Shown piece after piece: positions 36,725 to 47,715 of a DNA stretch of 49,083 nt. The translations under genes and the position numbers were made by a program. The stretch's first letter is position 1; each line of letters starts with the position of its first letter. Origin of the DNA: an uncultured Deferribacteres bacterium (lineage in GTDB: Bacteria; Zhuqueibacterota; Zhuqueibacteria; Zhuqueibacterales; Geothermadaptataceae); assembly GCA_964014485.1 (NCBI GenBank), contig CAXHAT010000035.1:1-49083 (forward strand), in the 5' to 3' direction. The notes under the pieces were generated by a model. That model did not search any database, had not been told where the DNA came from, and saw only the letters and a program-made list of their open reading frames with translations.

Positions 36725-39700
36725 ATGAAACGACTTTTTAAAATCACCTTATGGATTTTCGCATCCCTGCTTCTCATAATCATTGGGACGGCCATTTTTA
36801 GCCAGACGCAGATCTTCCGCGACTGGCTGCGCGACAAGATCGTTGCGACGGCGAATGAGCAGCTCAACGGCGAACTTGCGATCCGCCGCATTGAGGGGAA
36901 TTTGATCCGTCATTTCACCTTGCACGACAATTTGCTGACGCAAGCGCAAGACACTGTTTTGCATTTACCAAAACTCACCGTGCGTTTCGATTGGCGCAAG
37001 CTGCTGGATAACGAAATTCTGCTCAATGTCGTCGCCCTCGACTCACCGTTGGTCAAGCTGACGCAAAACGCGAACAACGAGTGGGCCGTGCAAAATCTGA
37101 CCAAGCCGAGCGAGGAAGATTCGACGGAATTCGACTGGTTGTTTCGTCTGGAAAAAGCCCGTCTTTCGGGCGGGCGCGTGTTTATTCAGACGCCGCCGGA
37201 CTCGGCTTCGCAGATTCCGACAAAACTGGAAGGCTTAGACGCCATCTTGAGCCTGACCTACGCATCGGAAAAGATCGACGTGATGCTGGACTCGTTGAAT
37301 GTGCAAGCCTTCCAGCCGTTCATCGACCTCAAGAAGTTGGCATTCAACGCCGTTTTTCAAGACAGCCTTTTATTGCTCAACGACATCGTCTTGCGCCTCG
37401 CGGAAACGGAGATTTCCGGCAGTGCCAGCGCAAAATTGGCCGCCGCTCCAGCCTATCATCTCGACCTGGAAGCGGCGCGATTGAATTTTCAGGAACTGGG
37501 CGTTTTTTATCCGGACGCCGGTTTGCACGGCTCGCCTTCGCTCAAAATGAGTGCGGTTTTTCAGGGCGATTCTCTGACGGCAACGGCGCGTTTGCAGGAA
37601 AACGAACAGTCGTTTTTTCTCGACGCCCTCGTTCGCGAAATGAGCGGCGCGCCAAATTATGAAGGCGTTTTGCAAGCGCGCGCTTTTGAACTTTCGCACT
37701 GGCTCCCGTCGTCGGAAACGGTGATTTTAAATGGCAACTTGACGTTCGACGGCGCGGGCTTTTCGCCGGACTCGCTCGATTGCCGCGTGTCGGGGACGGT
37801 TTGGCAAAGCAATGTTTTCGAGCGGCAAATCGATTCGCTGCGCATTTCCGGCGGCTTCGAAAAAGGTGACACGGATTTTGAACTTGCTGCGCTTGGCGCC
37901 TTTGGCGGCGTTGAATTGAAAGGGGCGATTCAAGACGTTTTTCAAAAACAAATTTTTGAAATTGACGGCGATTTTCACGATCTCAATTTGGCGGAGTTGC
38001 TGCTCGCCGATAGTCTGCAAACCGATTTGAACACTTCGCTGCACGCAACGGGACGGAGTTTTGACCCGGAAAAAATCAACGCCGACGCAACGATCCGCTT
38101 CTCATCTTCTGAGCTTTTTGGTGCGGAAATCGACACCATTTTTTGCAATCTCACGGCGAATAAAGACGATTTCAGCATCGACACGCTGCATGTCGACAGC
38201 CAAATCGGGGCCCTCAATCTGGCCGGTCTCCTGAGCCTTTCTTCCGAAAACAAATTACGATTTCGCGCGGATTTGAAGGATTTACACTGGGTCAAAAATC
38301 AAATGTCACTGGACACGCTGCGGGCGGGCGGCGTAATTGACGGACGCATTCACGGCCGCTTCGACGCGCTTGGCGGGGAGGTCGATCTCGATTTGCACGA
38401 GGTGACCTACAACACTTTTTCCGTCGGCAAAATGCAAGGGCGCGCCAGTTTTTTCAAATCGCCGGACACGCTCTCCGGAACGTTTTTTTCACAATTACAG
38501 CAAGCCGGGTCCGGCGAAAATTTGCTCGATTCAGTCAGGGTCGATTCGAAATTCCATTTGCCGGAATTGAATATCGGCCTCGAACTTGCCGACAGCGCGC
38601 TCGCGATTTCCGGTAGAACGACCGCCGATATTTTGCTCGACAGCATCGTCGTCGTTAAAATTCCTGAGTTCAATTTTGCCTGGCAAGACTTGGTAATTGA
38701 AAAAGACGGCCGCGAGGCGCACGTTGTCATCGAGCCGGAGCGTTATAAAATCGAAAATCTCACGCTGCGCTCCGGCGACCAGAAGCTCAAGATACGCGGC
38801 GTAGTCGCCCCTGAGGGCGAGCAGAAACTCACGGCGCAAATTTCAAATATTCACGTGGCGGATTTGATGCAGCGCTTCGACGGCCCCGAAGATTTTCTCG
38901 GCGTGCTCGATTTGGACGTGAACCTGAACGGGCGGTTGGACAACCCGGAGATCGACGCGGAGTTTCGTGTGGTTGACGGGCGTTTTTCGGAATTCAAGTA
39001 CGACCAATTGCAGATCGGCGTGCAGTATGAAGACAAAAAATTGGTTTGGGATTACATTCTTTACCAGGATCAATCGCGCAACATCAACGGCGACGGCTGG
39101 CTGCCGTTCGATCCTTTTGCACCGGAAGACGTGAGCATGTTTAACGCAGACTGCACGTTTTATTTTCAAACCGACGCCTATGCGCCCGGTCTCGATCTTT
39201 CGTTCCTGCAAGCTTTTACCAATGAAGTCAAGGAGGTCGGCGGCAAGTTTTTTTGCGACGTCGTTCTGGAAAATACGTTTCGCGATCCCCGCCCTCGCGG
39301 CAACCTCCGCATCGTTAGCGGCGCTTTCAACGTGCCCGCGACCGGCGCAAATTATAAGGACATGCAGGTTACGGTCAATTTCACTCGGGACACGGTCCGC
39401 GTTCTCGATTTTGAGATCGGCACGGAAGTTATGACGCGTTACAAGAAAAGTACGCGCGGGCGTTTTTACATAGACCGCGGCAGTTTCGCCGTGTTCGATT
39501 CGACGAGTTTCTGGAACGGCTTGCAGACCGCACAAGTCAATTTGAAAGCGGACAATTTTCTGGCGATCAATACGAGCAACTACCGCGCGCGCATCGGCGC
39601 GGATATTCGCATGTTCGGCGATTTGGACGCGCCAAAGTTTGACGGGACTTTGACGATTTTGCGCTCCAGCGTCTTCTACCCGGCGCTGGAAGAAAGCGGA

Positions 39701-40561
39701 CTTTACGACGAAACGCCCGAGAGCTCGCTGTTAAGCCAAATCTTGGGAGACACCCTGCGGGTCGAGAGAGACGAAAGTGCAGTGACAGGAGTTGAAGAAA
39801 GCTACATGGAAAAATTGCGCGGTTCGCTGAGAATCGACATTCCGCGCAACACCTGGCTGCGCGGCCCCGATCTGAACATCGAGCTTTCCGGGCGGCTCGA
39901 TCTGGTGAAAAACGGGCCGGAGTTCGAGCAGCCCTTTGGCACGATCAGCGTTTTGCGCGGCACGTACGATTTTCTCACGGCTTACCAATTCACGATCAAG
40001 GAAGGAGAGCTGATTTTTGAGGGCGGGGACGAATTCAATCCGCGCATTAATTTGAAGGCGGAACGCAAAATCCGCGTCGGTTTTGGCGACAGCCGCGAGC
40101 GTAAAGCGTTGGAAATTCACATGACCGGGCGCATGTTTCAACCGGAATTTACTTACGCGCTAAACGGCCAGGACGTTGACGCCACCAACGCCGCGTCGTA
40201 CCTCGTTCTCGGCAGACCAGCGAGTAAATCCGAGGGCGGCGGCAATGTAGACGCGCTTTCGGCGCAGGGTTTGGGGAGTATTCTCGCGTCGCAGTTTTTG
40301 CGCTCAGTCGGTACGCAGCTTTCCCTCGATCAGCTCGATATTTCCGGAAGCACGCTGGACGACGCATCGATCGTTGTCGGCAAATATCTGACGGATCGCT
40401 TGTACGTCGGCTTTCAGCAAAGCATCGGCAGTGAGACGGACGGCTACCGCACGAAAGTCACGCTGGAGTACGAAATGTTGCGACAAATTTTATTGCAGGG
40501 AACTTACAGCGACGGCAAAGGCGCGAGAGGTTTGGATTTGATCTGGAGATTTGTGAAGTGA
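36725..40561 (+). CDS. tamB: Translocation and assembly module subunit TamB
   Basis: N-terminal anchor, long beta-taenia-like body, C-terminal NPRINLKA and VGKYLTDRLYVGFQQ...GLDLIWRF. Confidence 0.85.
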   Translation: MKRLFKITLWIFASLLLIIIGTAIFSQTQIFRDWLRDKIVATANEQLNGELAIRRIEGNLIRHFTLHDNLLTQAQDTVLHLPKLTVRFDWRKLLDNEILLNVVALDSPLVKLTQNANNEWAVQNLTKPSEEDSTEFDWLFRLEKARLSGGRVFIQTPPDSASQIPTKLEGLDAILSLTYASEKIDVMLDSLNVQAFQPFIDLKKLAFNAVFQDSLLLLNDIVLRLAETEISGSASAKLAAAPAYHLDLEAARLNFQELGVFYPDAGLHGSPSLKMSAVFQGDSLTATARLQENEQSFFLDALVREMSGAPNYEGVLQARAFELSHWLPSSETVILNGNLTFDGAGFSPDSLDCRVSGTVWQSNVFERQIDSLRISGGFEKGDTDFELAALGAFGGVELKGAIQDVFQKQIFEIDGDFHDLNLAELLLADSLQTDLNTSLHATGRSFDPEKINADATIRFSSSELFGAEIDTIFCNLTANKDDFSIDTLHVDSQIGALNLAGLLSLSSENKLRFRADLKDLHWVKNQMSLDTLRAGGVIDGRIHGRFDALGGEVDLDLHEVTYNTFSVGKMQGRASFFKSPDTLSGTFFSQLQQAGSGENLLDSVRVDSKFHLPELNIGLELADSALAISGRTTADILLDSIVVVKIPEFNFAWQDLVIEKDGREAHVVIEPERYKIENLTLRSGDQKLKIRGVVAPEGEQKLTAQISNIHVADLMQRFDGPEDFLGVLDLDVNLNGRLDNPEIDAEFRVVDGRFSEFKYDQLQIGVQYEDKKLVWDYILYQDQSRNINGDGWLPFDPFAPEDVSMFNADCTFYFQTDAYAPGLDLSFLQAFTNEVKEVGGKFFCDVVLENTFRDPRPRGNLRIVSGAFNVPATGANYKDMQVTVNFTRDTVRVLDFEIGTEVMTRYKKSTRGRFYIDRGSFAVFDSTSFWNGLQTAQVNLKADNFLAINTSNYRARIGADIRMFGDLDAPKFDGTLTILRSSVFYPALEESGLYDETPESSLLSQILGDTLRVERDESAVTGVEESYMEKLRGSLRIDIPRNTWLRGPDLNIELSGRLDLVKNGPEFEQPFGTISVLRGTYDFLTAYQFTIKEGELIFEGGDEFNPRINLKAERKIRVGFGDSRERKALEIHMTGRMFQPEFTYALNGQDVDATNAASYLVLGRPASKSEGGGNVDALSAQGLGSILASQFLRSVGTQLSLDQLDISGSTLDDASIVVGKYLTDRLYVGFQQSIGSETDGYRTKVTLEYEMLRQILLQGTYSDGKGARGLDLIWRFVK

Positions 40562-40689
40562 TGTGTTGAGCCGAGAATGTGGTTCTTCCAATTCTCAAAA
40601 GCGGCGTCCGGAGAAATTTCTTCATGGCTCATTTTTATACCGACATTCGCCGTTAGCATTTGGCTCCAGAGTTTTTGGACTGGTTGATC

Positions 40690-41070
40690 TTAGCTGAATT
40701 CCTTGAAATCCGCCATAATCTGCAGATGCGCTTTTTCGAGTTCGGAAACGCGCTTTAAAGCCAGAGACCACCCGGACTCACGCCTCGCCAGCGTCTCGAT
40801 TTCACGCGGCATGTCCGCGATTTCCGCCAGCCCGATATTCGCCGTTGATGATTTGTATTTGTGCGCCGCAGCAGCAAGTTTTTGCCAATCGCGTTCTTGA
40901 CAGGCCGCCAAAATTTCATCCATGTGCAATGGTGCATGTTCCAAAAACGTGTCGATGACAATCGTGAAAAAGGCGTCGTCTCCTTGCGCCACCTGCGTCA
41001 AATATGAGACGTCCCAATTTTTGATTTTGCCCGTTCGCCAGATTGACCGCCGCTCCGCCTTTGAGTTCAT
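40690..41070 (-). CDS. Hpt (histidine phosphotransfer) domain protein
   Basis: DWQKLAAAAHKYKSSTANIG. Confidence 0.85.
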   Translation of the reverse strand: MNSKAERRSIWRTGKIKNWDVSYLTQVAQGDDAFFTIVIDTFLEHAPLHMDEILAACQERDWQKLAAAAHKYKSSTANIGLAEIADMPREIETLARRESGWSLALKRVSELEKAHLQIMADFKEFS

Positions 41071-41136
41071 GTTAATTCCGATTCGCTAGTGTATTTCCCA
41101 AGTTGCGCACTTGATTACACTATACAGCAAAACGCC

Positions 41137-41340
41137 CTAATCTGAAGCAAAGTATTTTTCATCGCACTTTTTGCAGTCCAGCTCAATGCCAAGACGGCTT
41201 TTTCTGCCTGCTTCCGTGAGCACCCATTCTCGAACCATCCAGGGCGGGTTGTGACGAACGTGCTGGTTGTGCCCGCAAGCCAATTCAGCGACCCAATCTC
41301 GCAGCTCGTCCTGGTGAAATCCAATGATTTTTTGTTTCAT
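41137..41340 (-). CDS. DUF3565-family protein
   Basis: IIGFHQDELRDWVAELACGHNQHVRHNPPW...LDCKKCD; start at ATG 41340. Confidence 0.8.
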   Translation of the reverse strand: MKQKIIGFHQDELRDWVAELACGHNQHVRHNPPWMVREWVLTEAGRKSRLGIELDCKKCDEKYFASD

Positions 41341-41411
41341 GGAGCCTTGAAATAGAAACGCCTCCGTCCAAATGCTTGGCGGAGGCGTTTCAGAATAAAC
41401 AGCGTTCTGAA

Positions 41412-43241
41412 TTACTTTGCTTTTGGCGTCCAAACCTCCGGGGAGCGGTACAATGTGGAGAGCATAAGCTGCCGCATCGAGAGAAATTCCTTCGGCAATT
41501 TATCAAAGAGCTTTATCAGAAATTCCTCGTGCGAATGCAATTCTTGAAACCACAGTTTACGATCCACAGACATGAGTTCCGCGAATTGTTCGTGCGTAAA
41601 ATCGAGGCCCGCCCATTCGATGTCCTCGTATCGCGGCGTCCAGCCAACGGGGCTTTCAACGGCGTGCACTTTGCCGTGTACGCGGTCGACGATCCATTTT
41701 AAGACGCGCATGTTTTCCCCAAAGCCGGGCCACATAAAATTGCCGTCATCGTCTTTGCGAAACCAATTGACGCTGAAAATTTTCGGCGGGTTTGGCAAGC
41801 TGCGTCCGAAACTAAGCCAATAATTGAAGTAATCCGCCATGTTGTAACCGCAGAACGGCAGCATGGCGAAAGGATCCCGGCGTACATTGCCGACAGCTCC
41901 GGCCGCCGCCGCGGTTGTTTCCGAACCCATGGTTGCGGCGAGGTAAACGCCAAAATTCCAGTTAAAAGATTGGTAGACAAGGGGCACCGTCGTCGCGCGC
42001 CTGCCGCCAAAAATGAAAGCGCTGATCGGCACGCCCTGCGGACTTTCCCAGTCAGGGTCGATTGACGGACACTGGCTGGCTGGGGCGGTAAATCGTGCAT
42101 TGGGGTGCGCGGCGGCTTTCTCGCCGTCCGGAGTCCAGGAGTTGCCGTGCCAGTCGGTGAGATTTTGCGGCGGCGCGTCGGTCATGTCTTCCCACCACAC
42201 GTCATCGTCTTCCGTTTTGGCAACGTTGGTGAAAATCGCGTTTTTGGCTAGAGATGTCATCGCATTTGGATTGGATTTATCCGAAGTTCCCGGAGCCACG
42301 CCGAAATAACCGGCTTCGGGATTGATGGCGTACAAACGACCGTCCGGCCCGGGCTTGATCCAGGCAATGTCGTCGCCGATGGTGGTGACTTTCCAGCCGT
42401 CCAATGTTTTTGGGGGAATCAGCATGGCAAGGTTGGTTTTGCCGCAAGCGCTCGGAAAAGCCGCCGCTATGTAGGTTTTCTCGCCTTCCGGAGATTCTAT
42501 GCCGAGAATCAACATGTGCTCCGCCAACCATCCTTCGTCGCGCGCCATTGTTGAAGCAATGCGCAGCGCGAAACACTTTTTTCCAAGCAAGGCGTTGCCG
42601 CCGTATCCGCTGCCATAAGACCAAATTGTTCTTTCTTCCGGGAAATGAACAATATATTTGTTTTCACTGTCGCAAGGCCAGGAAACGTCTTGCTGGCCGG
42701 GCTCCAGCGGTGCGCCGACGGAGTGCAGACATTGCACGAATTCACCGTCGCCGAGCGCATCCCAAACCGCTTTTCCCATTCTCGTCATAATGCGCATATT
42801 ACACGCGACGTAGGGCGAGTCTGAAACCTGAACGCCGATGTGCGAAATCGGCGAGCCCAACGGGCCCATGCTGAACGGAATGACGTACATCGTCCGGCCT
42901 TTCATGCAGCCGTCAAAAAAACCGCGAAGCTTGGTTTTCATTTCGTCCGGCGCAACCCAATTATTGGTCGGCCCGGCGTCTTCTTCGCGCTTGCTGCATA
43001 TGTATGTACGATCCTCGACCCTGGCGACGTCGCCGGGATCGGAAAGAGCGAGGTAGCTCCCGGGCCTTTTTTCTTCGTTCAATTTTATGAATGTTCCGGC
43101 GTCCGTCAATTGCTGCGCCAGCATATCATATTCTTCCTGTGAGCCGTCGCACCAATAAACGTCGTCCGGTTTGCAAAGTGTAACTGCTTCAGCAACCCAA
43201 TCGACGACTTCTTGATTTTTGACGTATTCCGGAGCGTTCAT
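41412..43241 (-). CDS. pckG: Phosphoenolpyruvate carboxykinase (GTP)
   Basis: [43 protein letters not shown] and [11 protein letters not shown]. Confidence 0.97.
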   Translation of the reverse strand: MNAPEYVKNQEVVDWVAEAVTLCKPDDVYWCDGSQEEYDMLAQQLTDAGTFIKLNEEKRPGSYLALSDPGDVARVEDRTYICSKREEDAGPTNNWVAPDEMKTKLRGFFDGCMKGRTMYVIPFSMGPLGSPISHIGVQVSDSPYVACNMRIMTRMGKAVWDALGDGEFVQCLHSVGAPLEPGQQDVSWPCDSENKYIVHFPEERTIWSYGSGYGGNALLGKKCFALRIASTMARDEGWLAEHMLILGIESPEGEKTYIAAAFPSACGKTNLAMLIPPKTLDGWKVTTIGDDIAWIKPGPDGRLYAINPEAGYFGVAPGTSDKSNPNAMTSLAKNAIFTNVAKTEDDDVWWEDMTDAPPQNLTDWHGNSWTPDGEKAAAHPNARFTAPASQCPSIDPDWESPQGVPISAFIFGGRRATTVPLVYQSFNWNFGVYLAATMGSETTAAAAGAVGNVRRDPFAMLPFCGYNMADYFNYWLSFGRSLPNPPKIFSVNWFRKDDDGNFMWPGFGENMRVLKWIVDRVHGKVHAVESPVGWTPRYEDIEWAGLDFTHEQFAELMSVDRKLWFQELHSHEEFLIKLFDKLPKEFLSMRQLMLSTLYRSPEVWTPKAK

Positions 43242-43447
43242 CGGTTCCTCCTCCTGTTTGAATTGTTCCGGTCAGGTTTTCTAGAATTTCGGTCGTGGCG
43301 AGATAGGAAATTCTGGATTTTTGTTCTAAAAAAAAGAAGCGGAATCATCAAACGAAGAATCCGCGAAAAAACAGTCGGCTAAGAAAGCGCGCAATATAGA
43401 AAGAAATTGTTCAGCGCACAATAGTAAATTCCTGGTCAAATATCTCA

Positions 43448-44011
43448 ATGGCTTCCATCATTTCTCACGCCGTCGCCGCCGCTTCGTTGAGTTCCGCCGC
43501 ACCGATTCCGAGACGCTGTTTAAGGAAGGCCGTTGTCGCGGGATGCGTTTGTTCCATCCTGCCGGACGCCGACGTTATCGCCTTCATGTTCGACGTCCCG
43601 TATGGCGACGTTTTCGGGCATCGCGGAATCAGCCACTCGCTGGCTTTTGCGCTTGTTTTGGGATATGCAGTAACAGCATTGTTCTTCAGACAATTCCCTC
43701 CAAATTCAAAAGAGTTCTGGGGTCTAACCGGCTATTTTTTTGTTGCAACCGCTTCGCACGGTTTACTCGATGCAATGACCAACGGCGGTCTTGGCGTAGC
43801 GTTCTTCGCGCCGTTCGAAAACAGCCGCTATTTCTTTCCGTTCCGCCCAATCCAGGTCTCGCCAATTGGGATTTCCCGCTTTTTCAGCGAGTGGGGCGTG
43901 CGCGTGCTAATCAGCGAATTTTTTTGGGTCATTCTTCCGGCGATTGGATTTTCAACGGTTTCCTTAATGAGCAAGTTTATGATACGCCGTCGCTGCTCAA
44001 ACGACTTATAG
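43448..44011 (+). CDS. YbcI/YdjM-like inner-membrane metal-dependent hydrolase
   Basis: ISHA, LPDADV, GHRGISHS, SHGLLDAMTNGGLGV and RPIQVSPIG. Confidence 0.9.
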   Translation: MASIISHAVAAASLSSAAPIPRRCLRKAVVAGCVCSILPDADVIAFMFDVPYGDVFGHRGISHSLAFALVLGYAVTALFFRQFPPNSKEFWGLTGYFFVATASHGLLDAMTNGGLGVAFFAPFENSRYFFPFRPIQVSPIGISRFFSEWGVRVLISEFFWVILPAIGFSTVSLMSKFMIRRRCSNDL

Positions 44012-44034
44012 AGACGCGATGCATCGCATTTCTA
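44009..44034. repeat. Degenerate GTAG-type REP that overlaps the stop codon of the upstream gene
   Basis: tagagacgcgatgcatcgcatttcta; TAG at 44009-44011. Confidence 0.7.
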
Positions 44035-44094
44035 CCATTGGGTTCAAAATCAAAAATCAGTTGTCAATTTCAATATTTCCCCTATTTTAATTTC

Positions 44095-44218
44095 GTGCTG
44101 TTCAGGCAGCCGCCAAGTTCGCGGAAAGGGGCTGAGTCCCGCCTGATTTCTTTCGAAAACCATCGAACTTCTTTCAGCCGTAAATGCGAACGCCGGCAAT
44201 CATCGAAAGGAGTTTCCC
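44095..44218 (+). ncRNA. Candidate structured 5' leader (cis-regulatory RNA) of the ankyrin gene
   Basis: GC-richer segment after an AT-rich TTGTCA-N16-TATTTT promoter candidate; four crossing complementary pairs; ends in AAAGGAG RBS. Confidence 0.4.
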
Positions 44219-45796
44219 ATGTCTGCAAATCTGCCGAAAAAACCTAGCCTCGAATTTCTCAAGCGCCAAGCGAAGCAACTAAAAAAAGGCCACGCCGCAC
44301 AAAATCCCGACGCAATTCACTGGCTCAAACAACTTCACCCCAAGCTGCAAAACGCGACTGAAAATGAAATAGGCGCTGCGAAAATCACGCTCGCCGACGT
44401 CCAACTTGTGGTTGCCCGCGCATATGGTTTTAGCAGTTGGCCGAAGCTGAAGCAGTATGTCGAATCGATTTCGACGGATGAAGAAACCGTAGTTTTTGCC
44501 TTCCTAAACACAGCCTGTCCGGCGGTCAATGTCAATCATCGTTCCGGCGATTTGGAGACGGCGGCGAAAATTCTGCAAGAACACCCCGAAGTCGCGAACG
44601 CCAACATTTACACTGCCGCTGTTCTGGGCAACGCCGAATTAGTGAAAAGTTTTCTGGCGCAATCGCCGGAATTGGCGAATCAAAAGGGCGGCCCGCGAAA
44701 TTGGGAGCCGCTGTTTTATTTGTGCTTTTCGAGATTCTTGCGTTTCAAGCCGGAACGAACCCCGGAATTTGTCCGAACAGCAAAAACGTTGCTCTCAAAC
44801 GGCGCCGATCCCAACGCTTTTTTTATGGCGGGCGAAGAAAAAGAGACGGCGCTTTATGGCGCGGCGGGCGTCGCGAATAACGCCGAACTCGTCAAAGTTT
44901 TGCTCGAATCCGGCGCCGATGTGAACGATCCGGACGCACACTACCACGTCGCTGAATTTGACAATTTTGAATGTTTCAAACTGTTTGTTGACCACGGCGT
45001 CGATGCGGACGGCCAAGCGACGATGCTGCTGCGCAAGCTCGATTTTGACCAAATCGACAGCGTTCGATACTTGCTTGAGATAGGATGCGACCCTAACGCA
45101 ATGAGCATGTGGGGCAAAATGGCGTTGCATCAAGCCCTCATGCGCGGGCGTTCCTTGCCGTTTTTTGAATTGCTGATCGAGCACAAAGCGGACGTCAATG
45201 CGAAGATGGCGGACGGGAGAAGCGTCTATGCTTTAGCGGTTCGTCAAGGCCGCGACGACGTAGTCGATCTGTTGGAAAAACACGGCGTTAAAAAAGAGTT
45301 GAGTGCCACGGATCGGCTTCTCGCCGCCTGCGTCCGCGCCGACGCGAAGACCGCGCACAAAATAGTCGCCAGTCAGCCGGATATTTTGACGAGCCTCAAT
45401 CATGAAGACAAAAGCGTTTTGGCGGAAGTCGCGACGGCGGGAAAAACAAAAGCGATTAAATTGATGCTTGAGCTTGGGTTCGAAGCAGGGCACAAGGGCA
45501 ATTTGGGCGCAACGGCGCTGCATTGGGCGGCTTGGCACGGTTGGGCTGAGGTCGTTCGATTGCTGTTAGATCACAAAGCGCCGACTGATCTCATCGACGA
45601 TACGTATCGCATCACGGCCCTCGGCTGGGCGGCGGACGGTTCCGGCAAATGCGACAACCCGGCAGCAGATTATTTTGACGTTGCAACAGCGCTGCTTGAC
45701 GCCGGAAGCGCCGTTACAAAAGTCATGCTTGAAGATACGCAGGGAAAAATGAAAAAGCTGTTGCAGCAAAGGCTTGAATCGGCGGGTTCTGAATAA
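44219..45796 (+). CDS. Ankyrin-repeat protein with an N-terminal LPxxPSLExLKxQAK domain
   Basis: LPKKPSLEFLKRQAKQL...QLVVARAYGFSSWPKLK; repeats LLSNGADPN, TALYGAA and TALHWAAWHG. Confidence 0.9.
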   Translation: MSANLPKKPSLEFLKRQAKQLKKGHAAQNPDAIHWLKQLHPKLQNATENEIGAAKITLADVQLVVARAYGFSSWPKLKQYVESISTDEETVVFAFLNTACPAVNVNHRSGDLETAAKILQEHPEVANANIYTAAVLGNAELVKSFLAQSPELANQKGGPRNWEPLFYLCFSRFLRFKPERTPEFVRTAKTLLSNGADPNAFFMAGEEKETALYGAAGVANNAELVKVLLESGADVNDPDAHYHVAEFDNFECFKLFVDHGVDADGQATMLLRKLDFDQIDSVRYLLEIGCDPNAMSMWGKMALHQALMRGRSLPFFELLIEHKADVNAKMADGRSVYALAVRQGRDDVVDLLEKHGVKKELSATDRLLAACVRADAKTAHKIVASQPDILTSLNHEDKSVLAEVATAGKTKAIKLMLELGFEAGHKGNLGATALHWAAWHGWAEVVRLLLDHKAPTDLIDDTYRITALGWAADGSGKCDNPAADYFDVATALLDAGSAVTKVMLEDTQGKMKKLLQQRLESAGSE

Positions 45797-45846
45797 TTTT
45801 GTCAGACGCGGATTGCGCCGGTGAATTGCGCGCGCCCGGCTGATGA

Positions 45847-47715
45847 TTACATTTTCCTTTCCGCCCAAAGCCAGGCCATGCTGAAAATGAAGATCAGAAA
45901 AAACCAGATTTTCGGAACTTCGCGCGTTTCTGTTTTCGCGAGCGGCAAGCTTTCGTGCGACTTGTTTCGATTGGCGAATCGATGTGTTGCCGCGCGTTTT
46001 TCAGCGGCGGCAAGCGTTTGCCAGGCGCTTTTGTCGTGAACATAAAACGCAAGCTCGCCGCCGTTCCCGCTTTTCAGGACGTGCCAGCCCGTTTTTCGCG
46101 GCCAAAGCGTTGCTTCCCAACGAACGTCGCCTGTCTTGCTTTGCGCCGTAGCAAGCACAACGTTCTCTTCGTCCATTTTTTCCAGCCAGAGCCTGGGATT
46201 AACGTTCTGCGAAGAAAAAAGCGTAACTTGAACAGGCTCATGAACCAACGCCAAGTCTTGGTTGCTTAAACGAATCACGTCTTCGTTTTTTGTGCGAACC
46301 AATTCGGAAATGAGTTTTGACCAAAAATCGGCGTGACGCTCCGTCTCGCCTTCCAACGCCCAGCGGAACGTTTCCGAAATAAGCGAAACGCCTATTTTGC
46401 CGAAGCCGGCTCTTTTCGCTAAACTGATCGATCGACCATTTTTGTCGGTCATAATTGGCTGCGCTCCCGGCTGGTCAGCCAGAAAAAAAGGCGGAGCGGG
46501 GAGAGGAGAAGTCGTACCGTTTGCACCGCCGAGCCAGCGCGGTTTGATCTGCCGTTCGTCAACTTCCGGGATTTTTTCAAATGTAAACGGCAGGAAGAAA
46601 TCCAGACTTGGATCAACGCCGCGTTTATGGGACAACGTGGTTGCATCAGTCAAAACCAGCATTCCCAAGCCCTGGTTGGAAACGGCGTTTTTCAAAGCGT
46701 TCTTTTCTCTCCGTGAAAGAGCTTTGAGCGAAACGCCGTCAACGATCAGCAAGTCGAATTCGCCAAAATGCTTTGCCGTCAATCGGTCGAGCGTCTTTTC
46801 TTTTAAGCCAAAAAACTCCGTGCGAAAACGCTCTTTGCTGATCGCTGATCTCACCGCCAGATTGTGGCCTTTATCGAGCAGGAACTTCTTCAAAAAGCGC
46901 GTTTCAAATTTCGGCGATGATTCAACGACTAGAAAGTTCAATGACGGCGACATTTCTATCGCAACGCCAAGTCTTTCGTGCTGCAACGTATCCCCGGCTT
47001 CGTTGATCCAGGTCAACGAATACAAGACATTGCCTTTTTCTTTCGGGCGCGCTTCAAGGCCGAAAAAAGACAAACTATCGGGGGAGATTTTAGCGGAATC
47101 GACAACGCCGCCGTAATCTGAAAGCATGAGATAGGATGTGGTTTTTTTTGGATTTACGACACGTCCGCGAACCCTCAATTTTTCGCCTTGCGTCAGCGTT
47201 TTTCTGGAAAACGTTGGGTAGATTCCTTCCGGCGCCGCCGACAAAACCGGAATGATCCGAATTTGATCGAATGCGTCAAGATCGTATGATTTTAAGCCGT
47301 GCCCGGCAATATGGAGCGTTGTGATCTCTGGAAAATCTCTCACGATTGAAGCGGCGTCCGGAGCGCTTTTCAGGTCGGGGAAAATTGTGCGCCAGTTCCT
47401 TGATTCATCGATGGAAAAGGCGAAGTCGCCAAAGTTTAGAGAATCGCGCAAGTCTTTGAGCGTTTTGGCTTCAGCCCCGGGCGTGATTAAGAGCGCACCC
47501 ACAGGTTTGGGTGCAGTTTTATATTTCGGTTCGAGGAAAATGGCCAGCAAGGAAAAAACGGCAAGAAAATGCGCCAGAATTTTCCACCCTCGGCGCTTCA
47601 GGCCTTGACGTTTTGCAGAGAAAAAAGCGAGCGCGCCAAAGGCCGCAAATGCAAGCGTGATTGCGGCGAAAACGGTTTGCTCGGGAAGGTGGGTGGAGAG
47701 CGCGCCAATACTCAT
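45847..47715 (-). CDS. Hypothetical membrane protein coupled to the DUF4175-like gene
   Basis: ATGA overlap at 47712-47715; N-terminal TM helices; PKFETRFLKKFL, WPRKTGWH and C-terminal TM ending WLWAERK. Confidence 0.7.
   Translation of the reverse strand: MSIGALSTHLPEQTVFAAITLAFAAFGALAFFSAKRQGLKRRGWKILAHFLAVFSLLAIFLEPKYKTAPKPVGALLITPGAEAKTLKDLRDSLNFGDFAFSIDESRNWRTIFPDLKSAPDAASIVRDFPEITTLHIAGHGLKSYDLDAFDQIRIIPVLSAAPEGIYPTFSRKTLTQGEKLRVRGRVVNPKKTTSYLMLSDYGGVVDSAKISPDSLSFFGLEARPKEKGNVLYSLTWINEAGDTLQHERLGVAIEMSPSLNFLVVESSPKFETRFLKKFLLDKGHNLAVRSAISKERFRTEFFGLKEKTLDRLTAKHFGEFDLLIVDGVSLKALSRREKNALKNAVSNQGLGMLVLTDATTLSHKRGVDPSLDFFLPFTFEKIPEVDERQIKPRWLGGANGTTSPLPAPPFFLADQPGAQPIMTDKNGRSISLAKRAGFGKIGVSLISETFRWALEGETERHADFWSKLISELVRTKNEDVIRLSNQDLALVHEPVQVTLFSSQNVNPRLWLEKMDEENVVLATAQSKTGDVRWEATLWPRKTGWHVLKSGNGGELAFYVHDKSAWQTLAAAEKRAATHRFANRNKSHESLPLAKTETREVPKIWFFLIFIFSMAWLWAERKM

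Noticed and set aside
46397..47116. 239-aa plus-strand ORF
   Set aside because: Antisense shadow of the 45847-47715 membrane protein gene
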